Source of the DNA: an uncultured Bacilli bacterium
Lineage (GTDB): Bacteria > Bacillota_I > Bacilli_A > RF39 > UBA660
NCBI GenBank assembly: GCA_947624175.1
Contig: CANQJD010000003.1
Coordinates: 1-51,083, forward strand
Direction: 5' to 3'
DNA length: 51,083 bases
Positions 1 to 10,168 of this stretch are shown here, piece by piece. The notes under the pieces are model-generated. The model saw nothing but the letters and a program-made list of their open reading frames with translations. It searched no databases and was not told where the DNA came from. Within the stretch, counting starts at the first letter, position 1. The number at the start of each line of letters is the position of its first letter. Made by a program: the position numbers and the translations under genes.

Positions 1-1
1 C

Positions 2-75
2 TGGAGCGAATGATGGGAATCGAACCCACGTGGTCAGCTTGGAAGGCTGAAGTTCTACCATTAAACTACATTCGC
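2..75 (-). tRNA. tRNA-Gly(TCC) with encoded CCA
   Basis: Reverse complement GCGAATG...CATTCGC TCCA; D-loop TAATGGTA, anticodon arm TCAGC-CTTCCAA-GCTGA, T-loop GTTCGAT. Confidence 0.96.
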
Positions 76-201
76 ATCAAAAGTAGACATTTATTATTAT
101 ACTCAATAATCTAATAATGTCAACCTATTTTTTAACTTTTTATGAAAAAAGTTGCTAATAACTCTAAAATAAAATAAACTATACTTATGAAGGTGGTATA
201 A

Positions 202-693
202 ATGAAAGTTTTTCATACACTTGAACCAATTTATGATAAATCTTCGAAAGTATTAATTTTAGGAAGTATGCCTTCTGTTAAATCCAGAGAAGTAGGTTTT
301 TACTATGGACATCCAAGAAATAGATTCTGGTCTACTCTTTCTAAAGTTTATAATGAAGAAATTAAAGATACTAAAGAAGATAAAATAAGTTTTTTACTAA
401 AACGTAACATAGCCCTTTTTGATGTTTTAAAAAGTTGTGAAATTACTTCATCAAGTGATGCAACTATTAAAAACCCAGTTCCGAATGACTTAAGTGATAT
501 CTTAAAAAACTCTAATATTAAAGCAATATTTACAACCGGAAGTAAAGCCTATACGTTATATCAAAAATATATATATCCTAAAACTAAGATTAAAGCTATT
601 CCTTTACCAAGTACATCTCCTGCTAATTCTAGAAAAGATATTGAAGAAATACTTATAAATGCTTACTCTCAAATTAAAGATTATACCGATTAA
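202..693 (+). CDS. DNA-deoxyinosine (hypoxanthine) glycosylase, UDG superfamily family 6
   Basis: Motifs LILGSMPS, YYGHPRNRFW, LPSTSPAN. Confidence 0.85.
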   Translation: MKVFHTLEPIYDKSSKVLILGSMPSVKSREVGFYYGHPRNRFWSTLSKVYNEEIKDTKEDKISFLLKRNIALFDVLKSCEITSSSDATIKNPVPNDLSDILKNSNIKAIFTTGSKAYTLYQKYIYPKTKIKAIPLPSTSPANSRKDIEEILINAYSQIKDYTD

Positions 694-713
694 TAACTAT
701 CACTTTTTGATAG

Positions 714-1190
714 TTATTTTATATTTTTACATACATCATATAATCGAATATGATAACCATTCTTTTCATAGAAATTAAGAGCATTTGTATTATAACCAAA
801 AACTTCAATTAAAATATTTTGACACCCTACCCTTTTTAAATAATTTTCCATAGATTCTAAAAGAACTTTACCATAACCGTTATCTCTATACTTCTTATTT
901 ACAATTAATTCCGTTATTCTTCCCCTAATAGGTGCTTTAAAATCATATTCATTTATACTATTCATGATAATTCCAACCACAAGTCCAACTATCTTATCCT
1001 CTACTTTTAATAAAAACATTTTACCATTTTCATTATTTATTTCTTCAATAGTTTTTTCAAAATATAAATCTCTATAACTACTTGTTAATATATTAAATTT
1101 TTCTTTATCAAGAGATACAATATATTCCTGTAATTCAGTGAATAAATCTTTAACTTCCTCTTGATATTTATCTTCATACTCTATTATCAT
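714..1190 (-). CDS. GNAT family N-acetyltransferase
   Basis: Acetyl-CoA motif VNKKYRDNGYGKVLL and NALNFYEKNGY. Confidence 0.9.
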   Translation of the reverse strand: MIIEYEDKYQEEVKDLFTELQEYIVSLDKEKFNILTSSYRDLYFEKTIEEINNENGKMFLLKVEDKIVGLVVGIIMNSINEYDFKAPIRGRITELIVNKKYRDNGYGKVLLESMENYLKRVGCQNILIEVFGYNTNALNFYEKNGYHIRLYDVCKNIK

Positions 1191-1201
1191 AATTCCCTTT
1201 C

Positions 1202-1225
1202 AAAAAAAGATTACCGAGGTAACCT
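1202..1225 (-). terminator. Rho-independent terminator after the DUF362 gene
   Basis: Minus strand AGGTTACC-TC-GGTAATCT followed by a T run. Confidence 0.65.
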
Positions 1226-2108
1226 AATCTACATTAATAAGTTCGTATTCTTTAGTACCAATTCCAAGACTCTCGGCTGCATCAATTGTATGAGTTCCTT
1301 GCCTTGAATTAATTCTTTCTAGTAAATGGTCACGTCCAGGATCAGTAGACTTTTTAACTAAATCAATACAAGCTTGATCAATTGCAACGGGGTCAGTTGA
1401 TGCTAGAATTCCAATATCTTTCATACAAGGATCTTCAGCAACACTACAACAATCACAATCAACTGACATATTACACATAACATTAATATATAAAATATTA
1501 TCTTTAAAATAATTAGTAACTGAAGAGGCGGCATCAGCCATTGCTTCTAAAAAACTAATTTGGTCGGTTCTAAACATATCTTCATAACTACCATCTTCAT
1601 CTCCAGCACAATGGATATATCTTTTACCATGACTTGAAGCAACTCCAATTGATAATTGTTTTAATGCTCCACCATAACCACCCATTGGATGACCCTTAAA
1701 ATGTGATAAAACAAGCATTGAATCATAGTTAGCTAAATGTTTCCCAACATAATTCTTTTTAATAACTTTACCATTTGGAATATCTAAAATCATATTCCCT
1801 TCACTATCCATAATATCAACTGTAAAGTATTTACTCCAACCATGTTTTTCCATTAACTTCGTATGTTTTTCAGTTGTATCTCTTTCTCCATCATAAGCTG
1901 TATTACATTCAACAACTGTTCCTTTCAAATACTCAACCATTGGCTTCACAAATTCTGGTCTTAAGTAATTTTGATTTCCTTCTTCTCCAGAATGAAGTTT
2001 AATAGCAACTTTACCTTTTAATTCATGATTTAATTTCTGAAACATCTTTACAACAGCATCAGGTGTAATTTCTTTTGTAAAATAAACTTTCGCTTTTTCC
2101 ATAATCAT
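1224..2108 (-). CDS. DUF362 family Fe-S protein
   Basis: VAIKLHSGEEGN, SHFKGHPMGGYGGALKQL, DCDC, STDPVAIDQAC motifs. Confidence 0.85.
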   Translation of the reverse strand: MIMEKAKVYFTKEITPDAVVKMFQKLNHELKGKVAIKLHSGEEGNQNYLRPEFVKPMVEYLKGTVVECNTAYDGERDTTEKHTKLMEKHGWSKYFTVDIMDSEGNMILDIPNGKVIKKNYVGKHLANYDSMLVLSHFKGHPMGGYGGALKQLSIGVASSHGKRYIHCAGDEDGSYEDMFRTDQISFLEAMADAASSVTNYFKDNILYINVMCNMSVDCDCCSVAEDPCMKDIGILASTDPVAIDQACIDLVKKSTDPGRDHLLERINSRQGTHTIDAAESLGIGTKEYELINVD

Positions 2109-2148
2109 TCCTCCTGTAATTATTATATCATGTATTTTTACTTTTTAT

Positions 2149-3798
2149 CTATTTTTTATTACTTTTTTCAAGACTATAAACATCTGGTACTCGATATTCC
2201 ATATCATTTGTATAAATATCTATCTTTTTATAAACTCCATCTTTTATCATTGGTAAATCTATTTTAAATATATTTTCATATTTCATTCCATCAATACCAG
2301 TTAATAATTGTTCTTTTGTATAAATTTTCTCGGATACTTTAAACTCAGTTGGAAAATTCAAAACCATTCTTGAATCACCATATATATTAAAGTTTCTATT
2401 TGGCATTTTTAAACTAACAGCATCAGGATAAGCTATAATATTATTCTTCGTTTCCTCGCTTGCTCCTAAATTATCTGCTATTTTTAAAGATGCTGAGGTT
2501 TTATCAAGATAATAAAGACAACTTAAATTTTCTAAATTATTATTAGTATATTTAGCATTATAATATTGCATTAGTTCATTATCTAATTCATATATTACTT
2601 GATTCATAGTACTTCCCCATTTTTCTTGAAAATCAGCATCATAATGATTTCGCCATAAATTATTAAAAGTATCAAAATTACTTATAACATGACAAGCCAT
2701 ATTATAATCAGGAATAATCTCCATTAAAGCACTTGTTAAGATATTAGGACGAGGGTTAACATAATATTTTCTAATATTATCAGGACCAATTATTTGAATT
2801 AAAGGCATACCATATCTTGTTAACCAATTATAACTATTATCATAATTACTATTATCACCATAGTATTCATTATTCATATTAGCAGTTGTAAACTCATAAA
2901 GAGCATGACCCAATGTAATATTGGGATTATTACTAAAAATATGTATAAATTCATGACTTAAACTAGACTTTTCAGCACTTTCAAAATCTATGGCATTATA
3001 AACTTTCATAGTTAAAAGAGTATCTTGCCATTCAGCAGTTCGATTATTATTTCCTAGATTAGAAGCATATTCAATTTTAAAATTTCTTAATTTATATAAA
3101 ACATCTTCATTTAAATATGGTGCTAAACTTTCTAAAAACCTTGAACTCTTTAAAAATAAATTTTTTTCATTAGATGTTAAATTAGAATTAGATAGAACTG
3201 CCTTAGCAATGTCTTCAACTCCAATTTCTCCTTGATTAGAAATAGTAACATCTTGATAAACTATTCTGCTATTTGGAGTTGGAAGAGTTCCATTTGCTAC
3301 TAATCTTAAAGGTTCTTCTTTAAGTAAATGATTTAAAGAAAGTTCTATACCAGCAAGACTTATTAATACTAGAGTTGAAACCCCACCTATTTTTATAACT
3401 CTTTTAATTTTCTTAACTTGTTTTTCATGATAACTTTCTTTTCTATAAATAGCAACATATTCTTCTTGATTATTAAAAATATAATTTAAGTTAAATAAAT
3501 CATCAGGATCAGGAATATTTAAATCATCACCTTCATAAAAAAGATGAAAGTCTCTGCCATTATCATAGAAATGTCTAAACTTTTTTTGATTATATTTGAT
3601 ATAACCTAAATCTGCTATATCATGAGAAGTCATGGTTAAAGTTAAAGCCTTATCTAAAACTATCCTTTCCTCTTCCGTTAAATCATAATTTAATTCATCA
3701 TTTATAATACTAGCATAGATAAATTCTCCGTCATTAGAAAATACAACTAATTCTTTTCCCTTATAATTAAATCTTAATAATTCTTCCACGATTATCAC
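2149..3798 (-). CDS. Membrane-anchored hypothetical protein with gluzincin-like Zn-metalloprotease motif
   Basis: One hydrophobic segment (IGGVSTLVLISLAGIEL); HEFIH followed by GHALYEFTT as candidate third ligand. Confidence 0.5.
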   Translation of the reverse strand: MIIVEELLRFNYKGKELVVFSNDGEFIYASIINDELNYDLTEEERIVLDKALTLTMTSHDIADLGYIKYNQKKFRHFYDNGRDFHLFYEGDDLNIPDPDDLFNLNYIFNNQEEYVAIYRKESYHEKQVKKIKRVIKIGGVSTLVLISLAGIELSLNHLLKEEPLRLVANGTLPTPNSRIVYQDVTISNQGEIGVEDIAKAVLSNSNLTSNEKNLFLKSSRFLESLAPYLNEDVLYKLRNFKIEYASNLGNNNRTAEWQDTLLTMKVYNAIDFESAEKSSLSHEFIHIFSNNPNITLGHALYEFTTANMNNEYYGDNSNYDNSYNWLTRYGMPLIQIIGPDNIRKYYVNPRPNILTSALMEIIPDYNMACHVISNFDTFNNLWRNHYDADFQEKWGSTMNQVIYELDNELMQYYNAKYTNNNLENLSCLYYLDKTSASLKIADNLGASEETKNNIIAYPDAVSLKMPNRNFNIYGDSRMVLNFPTEFKVSEKIYTKEQLLTGIDGMKYENIFKIDLPMIKDGVYKKIDIYTNDMEYRVPDVYSLEKSNKK

Positions 3799-3894
3799 CT
3801 ATTTTTATATTATCAAAAATAGGAATAATCTTCAAGATAAAATTTGACTTTTTTACTATTTGTAGTATAATAATCGAAGTTTTAAAGGTGAACT

Positions 3895-4773
3895 ATGAAT
3901 ACAGAATTATTAAATGCTTTATTTTTAAATATACCAAATAATTTAACTAAACTAGAACAAGCAATTTTTCTCTATATTAAATTATGTAAACTTTTAACTT
4001 ATGATGAGTTTTTTTATACTATGAATGAAGATGCTATTAAATATCATGAAAATATTAGTAATTTAAAAAATATTACTTTAGAGAATAATAAAGTTGTTTG
4101 TTATGAATTTAATATGCTTTATGCTGAAATATTAGATAAATTAGGTATTAAATATCAAATTCAAGATTATTCTAAAGATAAATCAAGAAAAGGTCATGCT
4201 AATTTAGTCTTTAAATATGATAATTTTATTGTAATAGCTGACTCTGTTACTTCTATTTTAATGGGTGATTTAACTAATGCTAAACTAGGATATCCTTTGG
4301 TTGGTTTAACTTGTAAAAATAATCCAAAAGAATTTGAAAAACTAATCTTAAAAGTTTATAAAAATCAAGTTATGGAAACTAAAAATACTTTAATTAATGA
4401 TAATAGTTTATTTTCAAGATTTAAAATCATAATTACTAAAGTTTTAGAAAAAAAACTAGCCTTAATTGATGCTTATTCTTATCTATTAATTCTCAGAAAT
4501 ACTTTATTTAATTATGATGAAAAATTATCTAACTTTAGAGTTTCTTTAGTTAGAAATAATAAAACATTAAAACCATTAATGATTTTAACGTTAAATAAAT
4601 ATGATTTTGAAAATGAAGAAGATGAAACTCGTTATTTTTATTTTGATAATCATAGTTTAATAGAAACTAGTGTTGAAGAAATTAGAAGCAACTTTTTAAA
4701 TGATACTTTTTCTTATTTTGAAAATGATTTAGCCAGAATTCCTAATATAGATATTAAAGTATTAAAAAGGTAA
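3895..4773 (+). CDS. Hypothetical protein with transglutaminase-like Cys-His-Asp triad
   Basis: VVCYEFNMLYAEILDKLGI...GHANL...IADS spacing typical of transglutaminase-like folds; upstream TTGACT-N16-TATAAT. Confidence 0.55.
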   Translation: MNTELLNALFLNIPNNLTKLEQAIFLYIKLCKLLTYDEFFYTMNEDAIKYHENISNLKNITLENNKVVCYEFNMLYAEILDKLGIKYQIQDYSKDKSRKGHANLVFKYDNFIVIADSVTSILMGDLTNAKLGYPLVGLTCKNNPKEFEKLILKVYKNQVMETKNTLINDNSLFSRFKIIITKVLEKKLALIDAYSYLLILRNTLFNYDEKLSNFRVSLVRNNKTLKPLMILTLNKYDFENEEDETRYFYFDNHSLIETSVEEIRSNFLNDTFSYFENDLARIPNIDIKVLKR

Positions 4774-4777
4774 TAAT

Positions 4778-5164
4778 TTATCTTTTTAATTTTTTAACTT
4801 TGGAACTATTATTTATATTTTCTTTATCTATTAAATCTTCTTGTCTATAACTTTTTAATATTTCCATAATAAGTTCATTTTCTTTGTTACTATCTAATTC
4901 TAAATCTTTAATAGCTTTTATCTTTTCTTTTAATTCTAAATATCTATTTGGCCATCTATTAGTTTTGATAACTCTAAATAAATCAACATCACTTTCGGTA
5001 ATAACAACATCCCCATGTAAAATATCATCTATTTTCTTTGAAGTTTCTTTATCTTCTATATTATTACTTTTAATTGTTTGAAGATTATTATAAGTTCTAT
5101 TTCTTTGATAATACTCTTTCTCCTTTTCATTCATTTCAATAAGCCAATGTTTTTTTAACTCCAT
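4778..5164 (-). CDS. Hypothetical protein
   Basis: 128-aa ORF with native codon bias; start uncertain; ends KVKKLKR. Confidence 0.55.
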   Translation of the reverse strand: MELKKHWLIEMNEKEKEYYQRNRTYNNLQTIKSNNIEDKETSKKIDDILHGDVVITESDVDLFRVIKTNRWPNRYLELKEKIKAIKDLELDSNKENELIMEILKSYRQEDLIDKENINNSSKVKKLKR

Positions 5165-5453
5165 TAGTAATTAGTTTTAATCTTTTATCTTTATTAAATA
5201 ATATACTTTTATTAATAGCAACAATTAAATTTAGAAATGGTACATAAGTAAAAATTAGCATTTTAGGTAAAGTTGAAAATGATTGAAATAATAAATCATC
5301 AAGAAATTTAGGAGCATCATTTGCTTCTTTAAATCCTTTATCAGCTGCTTCCATATAATATTTCTTTTCAATATTTTTATAAATTTCTAAAGCACCAACT
5401 GTTGTTATAGTACCTGATAAAATTAAAAACATGAATATATCGATTGCTAACAT
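5136..5453 (-). CDS. Small membrane protein, hypothetical
   Basis: Two hydrophobic segments, AGGAG RBS upstream. Confidence 0.6.
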   Translation of the reverse strand: MLAIDIFMFLILSGTITTVGALEIYKNIEKKYYMEAADKGFKEANDAPKFLDDLLFQSFSTLPKMLIFTYVPFLNLIVAINKSILFNKDKRLKLITNGVKKTLAY

Positions 5454-5462
5454 ACTAATCTC

Positions 5463-5660
5463 CTATCTTTTTAATTTTTTTACCTTAAAATCACTAGGTA
5501 TTATTTCATTTTCTTTTAATAAATCAACTATTTTTTGATTTTTTTCATTCTCATCTATATCTTCTTTGGCAATACTTAAATAGTATCTTTTAATTTATAA
5601 ATCTGTTCTAATTCTTCATTTTGAGGATTATTTAATGTTTCTTTATCATCTTCACCTTTT
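5463..5660 (-). pseudogene. Frameshifted 3' remnant of a hypothetical gene
   Basis: Manual translation KGEDDKETLNNPQNEELEQIYKL / frameshift / KRYYLSIAKEDIDENEKNQKIVDLLKENEIIPSDFKVKKLKR*; no start found; abuts the RM operon. Confidence 0.5.
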
Positions 5661-5716
5661 CAGTTTTAATCCTAAAAACCACTATTCTTATCATAAATAT
5701 TACCAGTGATATATAT

Positions 5717-7159
5717 CTATAAATTATCCATTGCAATTCCAAGCCTATCATCTATAATCGAATATATTTTTTCACTTAAATCTGTTCCAAGATTATTAAG
5801 AATCAAGGAATTAAATATTTCATAACTACATTCTTCATGATTCTTATATAATTTAAATATATATTTTGTTATTAAATCCGCAAAACAATATGATGTAATA
5901 ATACATGTATCAGTGCCTTTAATATCTTCTACTGCACTTGGTACATATCCTGGTGTGACAACAATGGTATATTTAGCATTGTATAATACTCTATGTTGTT
6001 TCAATCTGCCATCATTAATACTTGATAATTTTTTATGTGTCGATTTACCATCTGCACAAAAAATAATATCATCTTTTAAATAATGACATAACGAATCTGG
6101 TTGCCCTGGACCTCCAATAGTTTCAGCTTCAACATCTTCAAACAAATTGAAACTTTTTGTAATATACTCCTCAAATTTAGACCATTTGTCAGGATTGATT
6201 GATGTCTCAATAAGCAATTTAGGAATCTGTAGATACTCTGTATACATATCTTCTTTCTCTTCTATTTCTTGTAATAGTATTTCTGGAACACTATTATAAA
6301 TGTTTCTTATCCAGTCACTTCTAAGTCCACATGGCTTTTTAGTTTCTTCATATAATGATACTTCAGATAAATATTTATTAATAAATTCTAATAAATTGGA
6401 GGCTATTTTTAATGTCCTTGTGGTAATTACTGTAGGATTCTTTCTAACCTTAGAATGCAGTGTAAAACGGTCATTGACCTTTTCTTGTATCGTTATATTC
6501 ATATCGGACAAAATATTAAATAAATAATTGCAACTAACGTAGTTTTTTATAAACTGAGTCACATCTACTACAAGTACTTCAATATTTTTTTCTATACTGT
6601 TATTTCTAAATTCAAGAATTTTATCAACTATATTATCATACTCATTTTTATTTCTAACCGATTTAATATAATAAAGAATTTCTGATATTTCTATGTTTGT
6701 TAATTTATAATTCAATCTACTATCAGTTAACAATTTAAATATAAGCCTTAATGGATATATATCAAAATTCTTCATTTTTTTATAAGGATTATCAAATTGA
6801 ATATTGAAAAGCATTCCAATAAATACTTTATTTCTTTTTACTTCATCGTGCTCATATTTCAATAATAATTCCCCATATGAGCTAACATGTATTTTTTTAT
6901 TTGCAGTTTCATAAATAGCACCATAAAAACGTGGTTCATCAATTTTATGATTAGCAGAAGAAAAATCATAAAAGTCTTTTTTTATATATGGATTATATGT
7001 ACCCATTTTTGAATGTTGTTCCATAAGTAATTGTTGAACATTTTCTTTTCTGCTAATTCCATTAAGTTTACCAAATAAATTTAATGTTATAAAAAATTGA
7101 TTTATATCACATGAATTCTGTGGAAATAACCATACATCTCTATTCATTATTATCACCAT
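5717..7159 (-). CDS. Type IIS-like restriction endonuclease (AlwI/HgaI-like architecture)
   Basis: Last gene of a two-MTase operon; N-terminal YPLRLIFKLL recognition region and C-terminal FEEY...QPD...ADGK PD-(D/E)xK motif. Confidence 0.75.
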   Translation of the reverse strand: MVIIMNRDVWLFPQNSCDINQFFITLNLFGKLNGISRKENVQQLLMEQHSKMGTYNPYIKKDFYDFSSANHKIDEPRFYGAIYETANKKIHVSSYGELLLKYEHDEVKRNKVFIGMLFNIQFDNPYKKMKNFDIYPLRLIFKLLTDSRLNYKLTNIEISEILYYIKSVRNKNEYDNIVDKILEFRNNSIEKNIEVLVVDVTQFIKNYVSCNYLFNILSDMNITIQEKVNDRFTLHSKVRKNPTVITTRTLKIASNLLEFINKYLSEVSLYEETKKPCGLRSDWIRNIYNSVPEILLQEIEEKEDMYTEYLQIPKLLIETSINPDKWSKFEEYITKSFNLFEDVEAETIGGPGQPDSLCHYLKDDIIFCADGKSTHKKLSSINDGRLKQHRVLYNAKYTIVVTPGYVPSAVEDIKGTDTCIITSYCFADLITKYIFKLYKNHEECSYEIFNSLILNNLGTDLSEKIYSIIDDRLGIAMDNL

Positions 7160-8243
7160 CCAAATTACTTACTATTTTAAAGATTAATAATGGTGGAATA
7201 CCCTCACCAATAACTTTTCTTATAAAATTTTCATTTGCCCATTCAGGTATACACCAATCATCAGGAATTGTAAACAATTTCATGATTTCATAAATGGTTA
7301 AAACTCTTGCATCACTATATGTTCCATCCTCGTTTAATCTACCTGGATGAACATTACATTGGGAAGATATAACACCATTTGCCATAGTTATTGTTGGTGC
7401 TGGTTTATCCCATTCCATCCTTTTATAAGTAGTATTGTATCCTTTAACACGAGTGCCATCTATTTTTTTAGGAAAATAAACTTCATTTTCGAATGCCGAA
7501 TGCCCAGTTGGGGTATGTTGCATTATTTCAACATGTCTTAACGAATGCTCTCTTGGAATATGCCATTTATGTATTTTTTTACACTTTTCAATTTTTTTAT
7601 CATTACCAATGAAGTAATTGCTATTGCCATTAATAATAGCTTCAACACTTGGAAGATCTCCAATTGCATCTCTAACAGTTACAATCTTTTTTTCTTTTTT
7701 TGGAAATTCCCATTTATTCTTTTTATTTAACAAAATTACAGCTCTTTTTCTGTTTTGAGGAACCCCATAATCTCGGGCATTAATTATTTTGTTATCATTG
7801 ATATTATAAATATTTTCAAATTCCTTTTGAATTATTTTCTCAACTGTATTGTTATTCCCATTATAATTAATTTTTAATTTAAGTAATTGAGGAACATTTT
7901 CAATTAATACATAATCTGGATTCAAATCTTTTATAGCATTTAAAACAGGTATTATTAAATTATTTCTGCTATCAGAATAATCTCTTTTACCTGCAACACT
8001 CATACCTTGACATGGTGGTGTTGCCATTAAGAATTTACAATTTTTTTCTTTCGCTTTTTTTATTATTTCTTCATAATGTTTATTAATATCTCCTGCTATC
8101 ATTTCACATTCGGGATATACATTTTTGTAAAACTCGACTCTATCTTTTTCAAGCTCGTTAGCAACAACAATATTTATTCCGCATTTTTTTAATAGCAACT
8201 CTCCAATTCCAACATTAGAAAAAAGTGATAAACCATTTATCAT
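7140..8243 (-). CDS. DNA (cytosine-5)-methyltransferase, M.HgaI-like
   Basis: LSLFSNVGIG, TPPCQG, IENV, PQNRKR; C-terminal ISSQCNVHPGR...YSDARVL recalled as matching the HgaI MTases. Confidence 0.92.
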   Translation of the reverse strand: MINGLSLFSNVGIGELLLKKCGINIVVANELEKDRVEFYKNVYPECEMIAGDINKHYEEIIKKAKEKNCKFLMATPPCQGMSVAGKRDYSDSRNNLIIPVLNAIKDLNPDYVLIENVPQLLKLKINYNGNNNTVEKIIQKEFENIYNINDNKIINARDYGVPQNRKRAVILLNKKNKWEFPKKEKKIVTVRDAIGDLPSVEAIINGNSNYFIGNDKKIEKCKKIHKWHIPREHSLRHVEIMQHTPTGHSAFENEVYFPKKIDGTRVKGYNTTYKRMEWDKPAPTITMANGVISSQCNVHPGRLNEDGTYSDARVLTIYEIMKLFTIPDDWCIPEWANENFIRKVIGEGIPPLLIFKIVSNLDGDNNE

Positions 8244-9352
8244 AGTTTTTCCTCCTCATATATATTTTGGAAAACATTCATTAGGACATTTACTACTATA
8301 GAATTGCCACAAATTTTCATTATTTGACCATCAGATAATTTACCATTTTTCATATTATAATAATCTGAATCTTCATATCCCATTAGTCTGCAACATTCTA
8401 ATGCATTTAGTTTTCTTTCAAATAGTTGCCCATTTTCATTTTTTATTAATTTTAATCCTGTCCTACCTGCTCTCTGTGTTGAACATACTTTACCAATCAT
8501 TACACCATTTATTTTCCAATCTCGGTCATCTAAAAAAGCATATTGTCCAACTTTAACAGAACCTTTAATCTCAGATTTTGGGATAAATTTTTTCCATCCT
8601 TTTTCATTAAAGTCTATTATATCATTGATATCTTTTTTTATTGTTAATTCATTATCTTTAATTAAATCGGTACTACATTTTCCATATTTAGATACTACAA
8701 TGACACGAGGTCTTCTTTGAGGTATTCCATAATCTTTTGCATCAAATATTTTCCAATAGTTTGTATAGCCTTGTTTTTCTAAATATTCGAGCCAATCATT
8801 AAAATTTTTTCTATTCTTACCAGTTGTTAAATTCTTAACATTTTCTAGTAACAAATATTTTGGTTTTTTACCTTCTATAATTTTTTTACATTCCCACAAC
8901 AATGAACTTCTTGTTCCACTTCCAATGTCTAATCCTTTTTGAGTTCCCACTGAAGATATATCTTGGCATGGAAAAGAATAAGTGAATAAATCATGATCTG
9001 GAATATCTTTCACATCTAATTTAGTGATATCTCCTAAATTATTACAAACATCTACTGCTCTAAACAACACATCTAAAGATTCCGAACTCATTTTCTTTAT
9101 TTTAGATTTACTTCCTATTCCTCTATTAATTATAAATTTCTGTTTTTTCTTATCATCATATTTTTTTCTACTGTTCTTAGTACTAGCATGAACATAATAA
9201 TAAGCAATGACTGCAGCTTCGTCAATATCGCATGTTGCTACTATTTTATAATCTTGTTTTAAATTTCTTAGTGCCATGCATTGAGCACCAACACCGGAAA
9301 AAGCTTCAAATACTTTTAACATATCATCATCTCTCTTATTATATTTATACAA
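8240..9352 (-). CDS. DNA (cytosine-5)-methyltransferase (probable start at 9322)
   Basis: EAFSGVG, YSFPCQDIS, LENVKN, PQRRPR, CGNSIVV motifs. Confidence 0.92.
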   Translation of the reverse strand: MYKYNKRDDDMLKVFEAFSGVGAQCMALRNLKQDYKIVATCDIDEAAVIAYYYVHASTKNSRKKYDDKKKQKFIINRGIGSKSKIKKMSSESLDVLFRAVDVCNNLGDITKLDVKDIPDHDLFTYSFPCQDISSVGTQKGLDIGSGTRSSLLWECKKIIEGKKPKYLLLENVKNLTTGKNRKNFNDWLEYLEKQGYTNYWKIFDAKDYGIPQRRPRVIVVSKYGKCSTDLIKDNELTIKKDINDIIDFNEKGWKKFIPKSEIKGSVKVGQYAFLDDRDWKINGVMIGKVCSTQRAGRTGLKLIKNENGQLFERKLNALECCRLMGYEDSDYYNMKNGKLSDGQIMKICGNSIVVNVLMNVFQNIYEEEKL

Positions 9353-9413
9353 TATAATTGTACCATTAAATTTATTTTTTTTCTACTAAATAAAACAAAT
9401 TAATAATAATTAT

Positions 9414-10058
9414 TTAATAACTAATTAAAGTTATTCTTCTTCCATTACATCTAATAAATCCATCTTCTTTTAAGTTTTTAAGTTCTCGCATCATGGCACT
9501 TCTATCAACGGATAAATAATCAGCAAGGTCTGTATAAGTAAATGGTAAAGTAAAGGTTCTTTTAGGACTAGAATTAGCTAAAAGTTCAAAATAAGAAAGT
9601 AATTTATCTCTAATAGTTCTTTTCGATAATACTTCTAATCTTTCATTAAGGTCTACGATCTTTTGAGATAAAAGTTTTAAAACATTATTAGTTAAAGTAC
9701 TATGATAACTACAACCTTTTTTACATCTTTTAATAATATGTTCATATTCAATAAATAAAACTTCGCAGTCGCTAGTTGCAATTACGGAAATATCACTTCC
9801 AAGTCTTGAAAATACTTCTCCAAAAACTGAATTTTCTTCTAGTTTTTCAATAATTGACCGATTACCATTATAATCATATCTTACCATGTTGGCTGTTCCA
9901 CTTAAAATAATACCAACCATTTTTACATTAATTATGTTAGTTACAATCGTTCTATCTTTTTTGAATGTCATTTTCCTAGCTTCAAAACACTTTAACATCT
10001 TACTAACTTCTTCATCAGTTATCCCTTCAAAAATTGATTTAACTTCCATGCTAATCAT
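9414..10058 (-). CDS. Crp/Fnr family transcriptional regulator
   Basis: cNMP-binding fold (FGEVF) and C-terminal HTH LADYLSVDRSAMMREL. Confidence 0.92.
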   Translation of the reverse strand: MISMEVKSIFEGITDEEVSKMLKCFEARKMTFKKDRTIVTNIINVKMVGIILSGTANMVRYDYNGNRSIIEKLEENSVFGEVFSRLGSDISVIATSDCEVLFIEYEHIIKRCKKGCSYHSTLTNNVLKLLSQKIVDLNERLEVLSKRTIRDKLLSYFELLANSSPKRTFTLPFTYTDLADYLSVDRSAMMRELKNLKEDGFIRCNGRRITLISY

Positions 10059-10090
10059 TCCTTCCTTGCAATTTAATTATATTGTATTTT

Positions 10091-10106
10091 TGTTGCAAAT
10101 GCAACA
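10091..10106. promoter_or_regulatory. Palindromic operator, likely for the adjacent Crp/Fnr regulator
   Basis: TGTTGCA-AA-TGCAACA in the divergent crp/nrdD intergenic region. Confidence 0.65.
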
Positions 10107-10168
10107 TGATTTTTTAATTTTTCTTTGTTATAATTTTTATATAAGAATTAGGAAAGGTTCGGGGTAAA

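Noticed and set aside
1-9400. Integrative element or prophage at tRNA-Gly
   Set aside because: No integrase, phage gene or tRNA-end repeat in the window; the tRNA 3' side points out of the window
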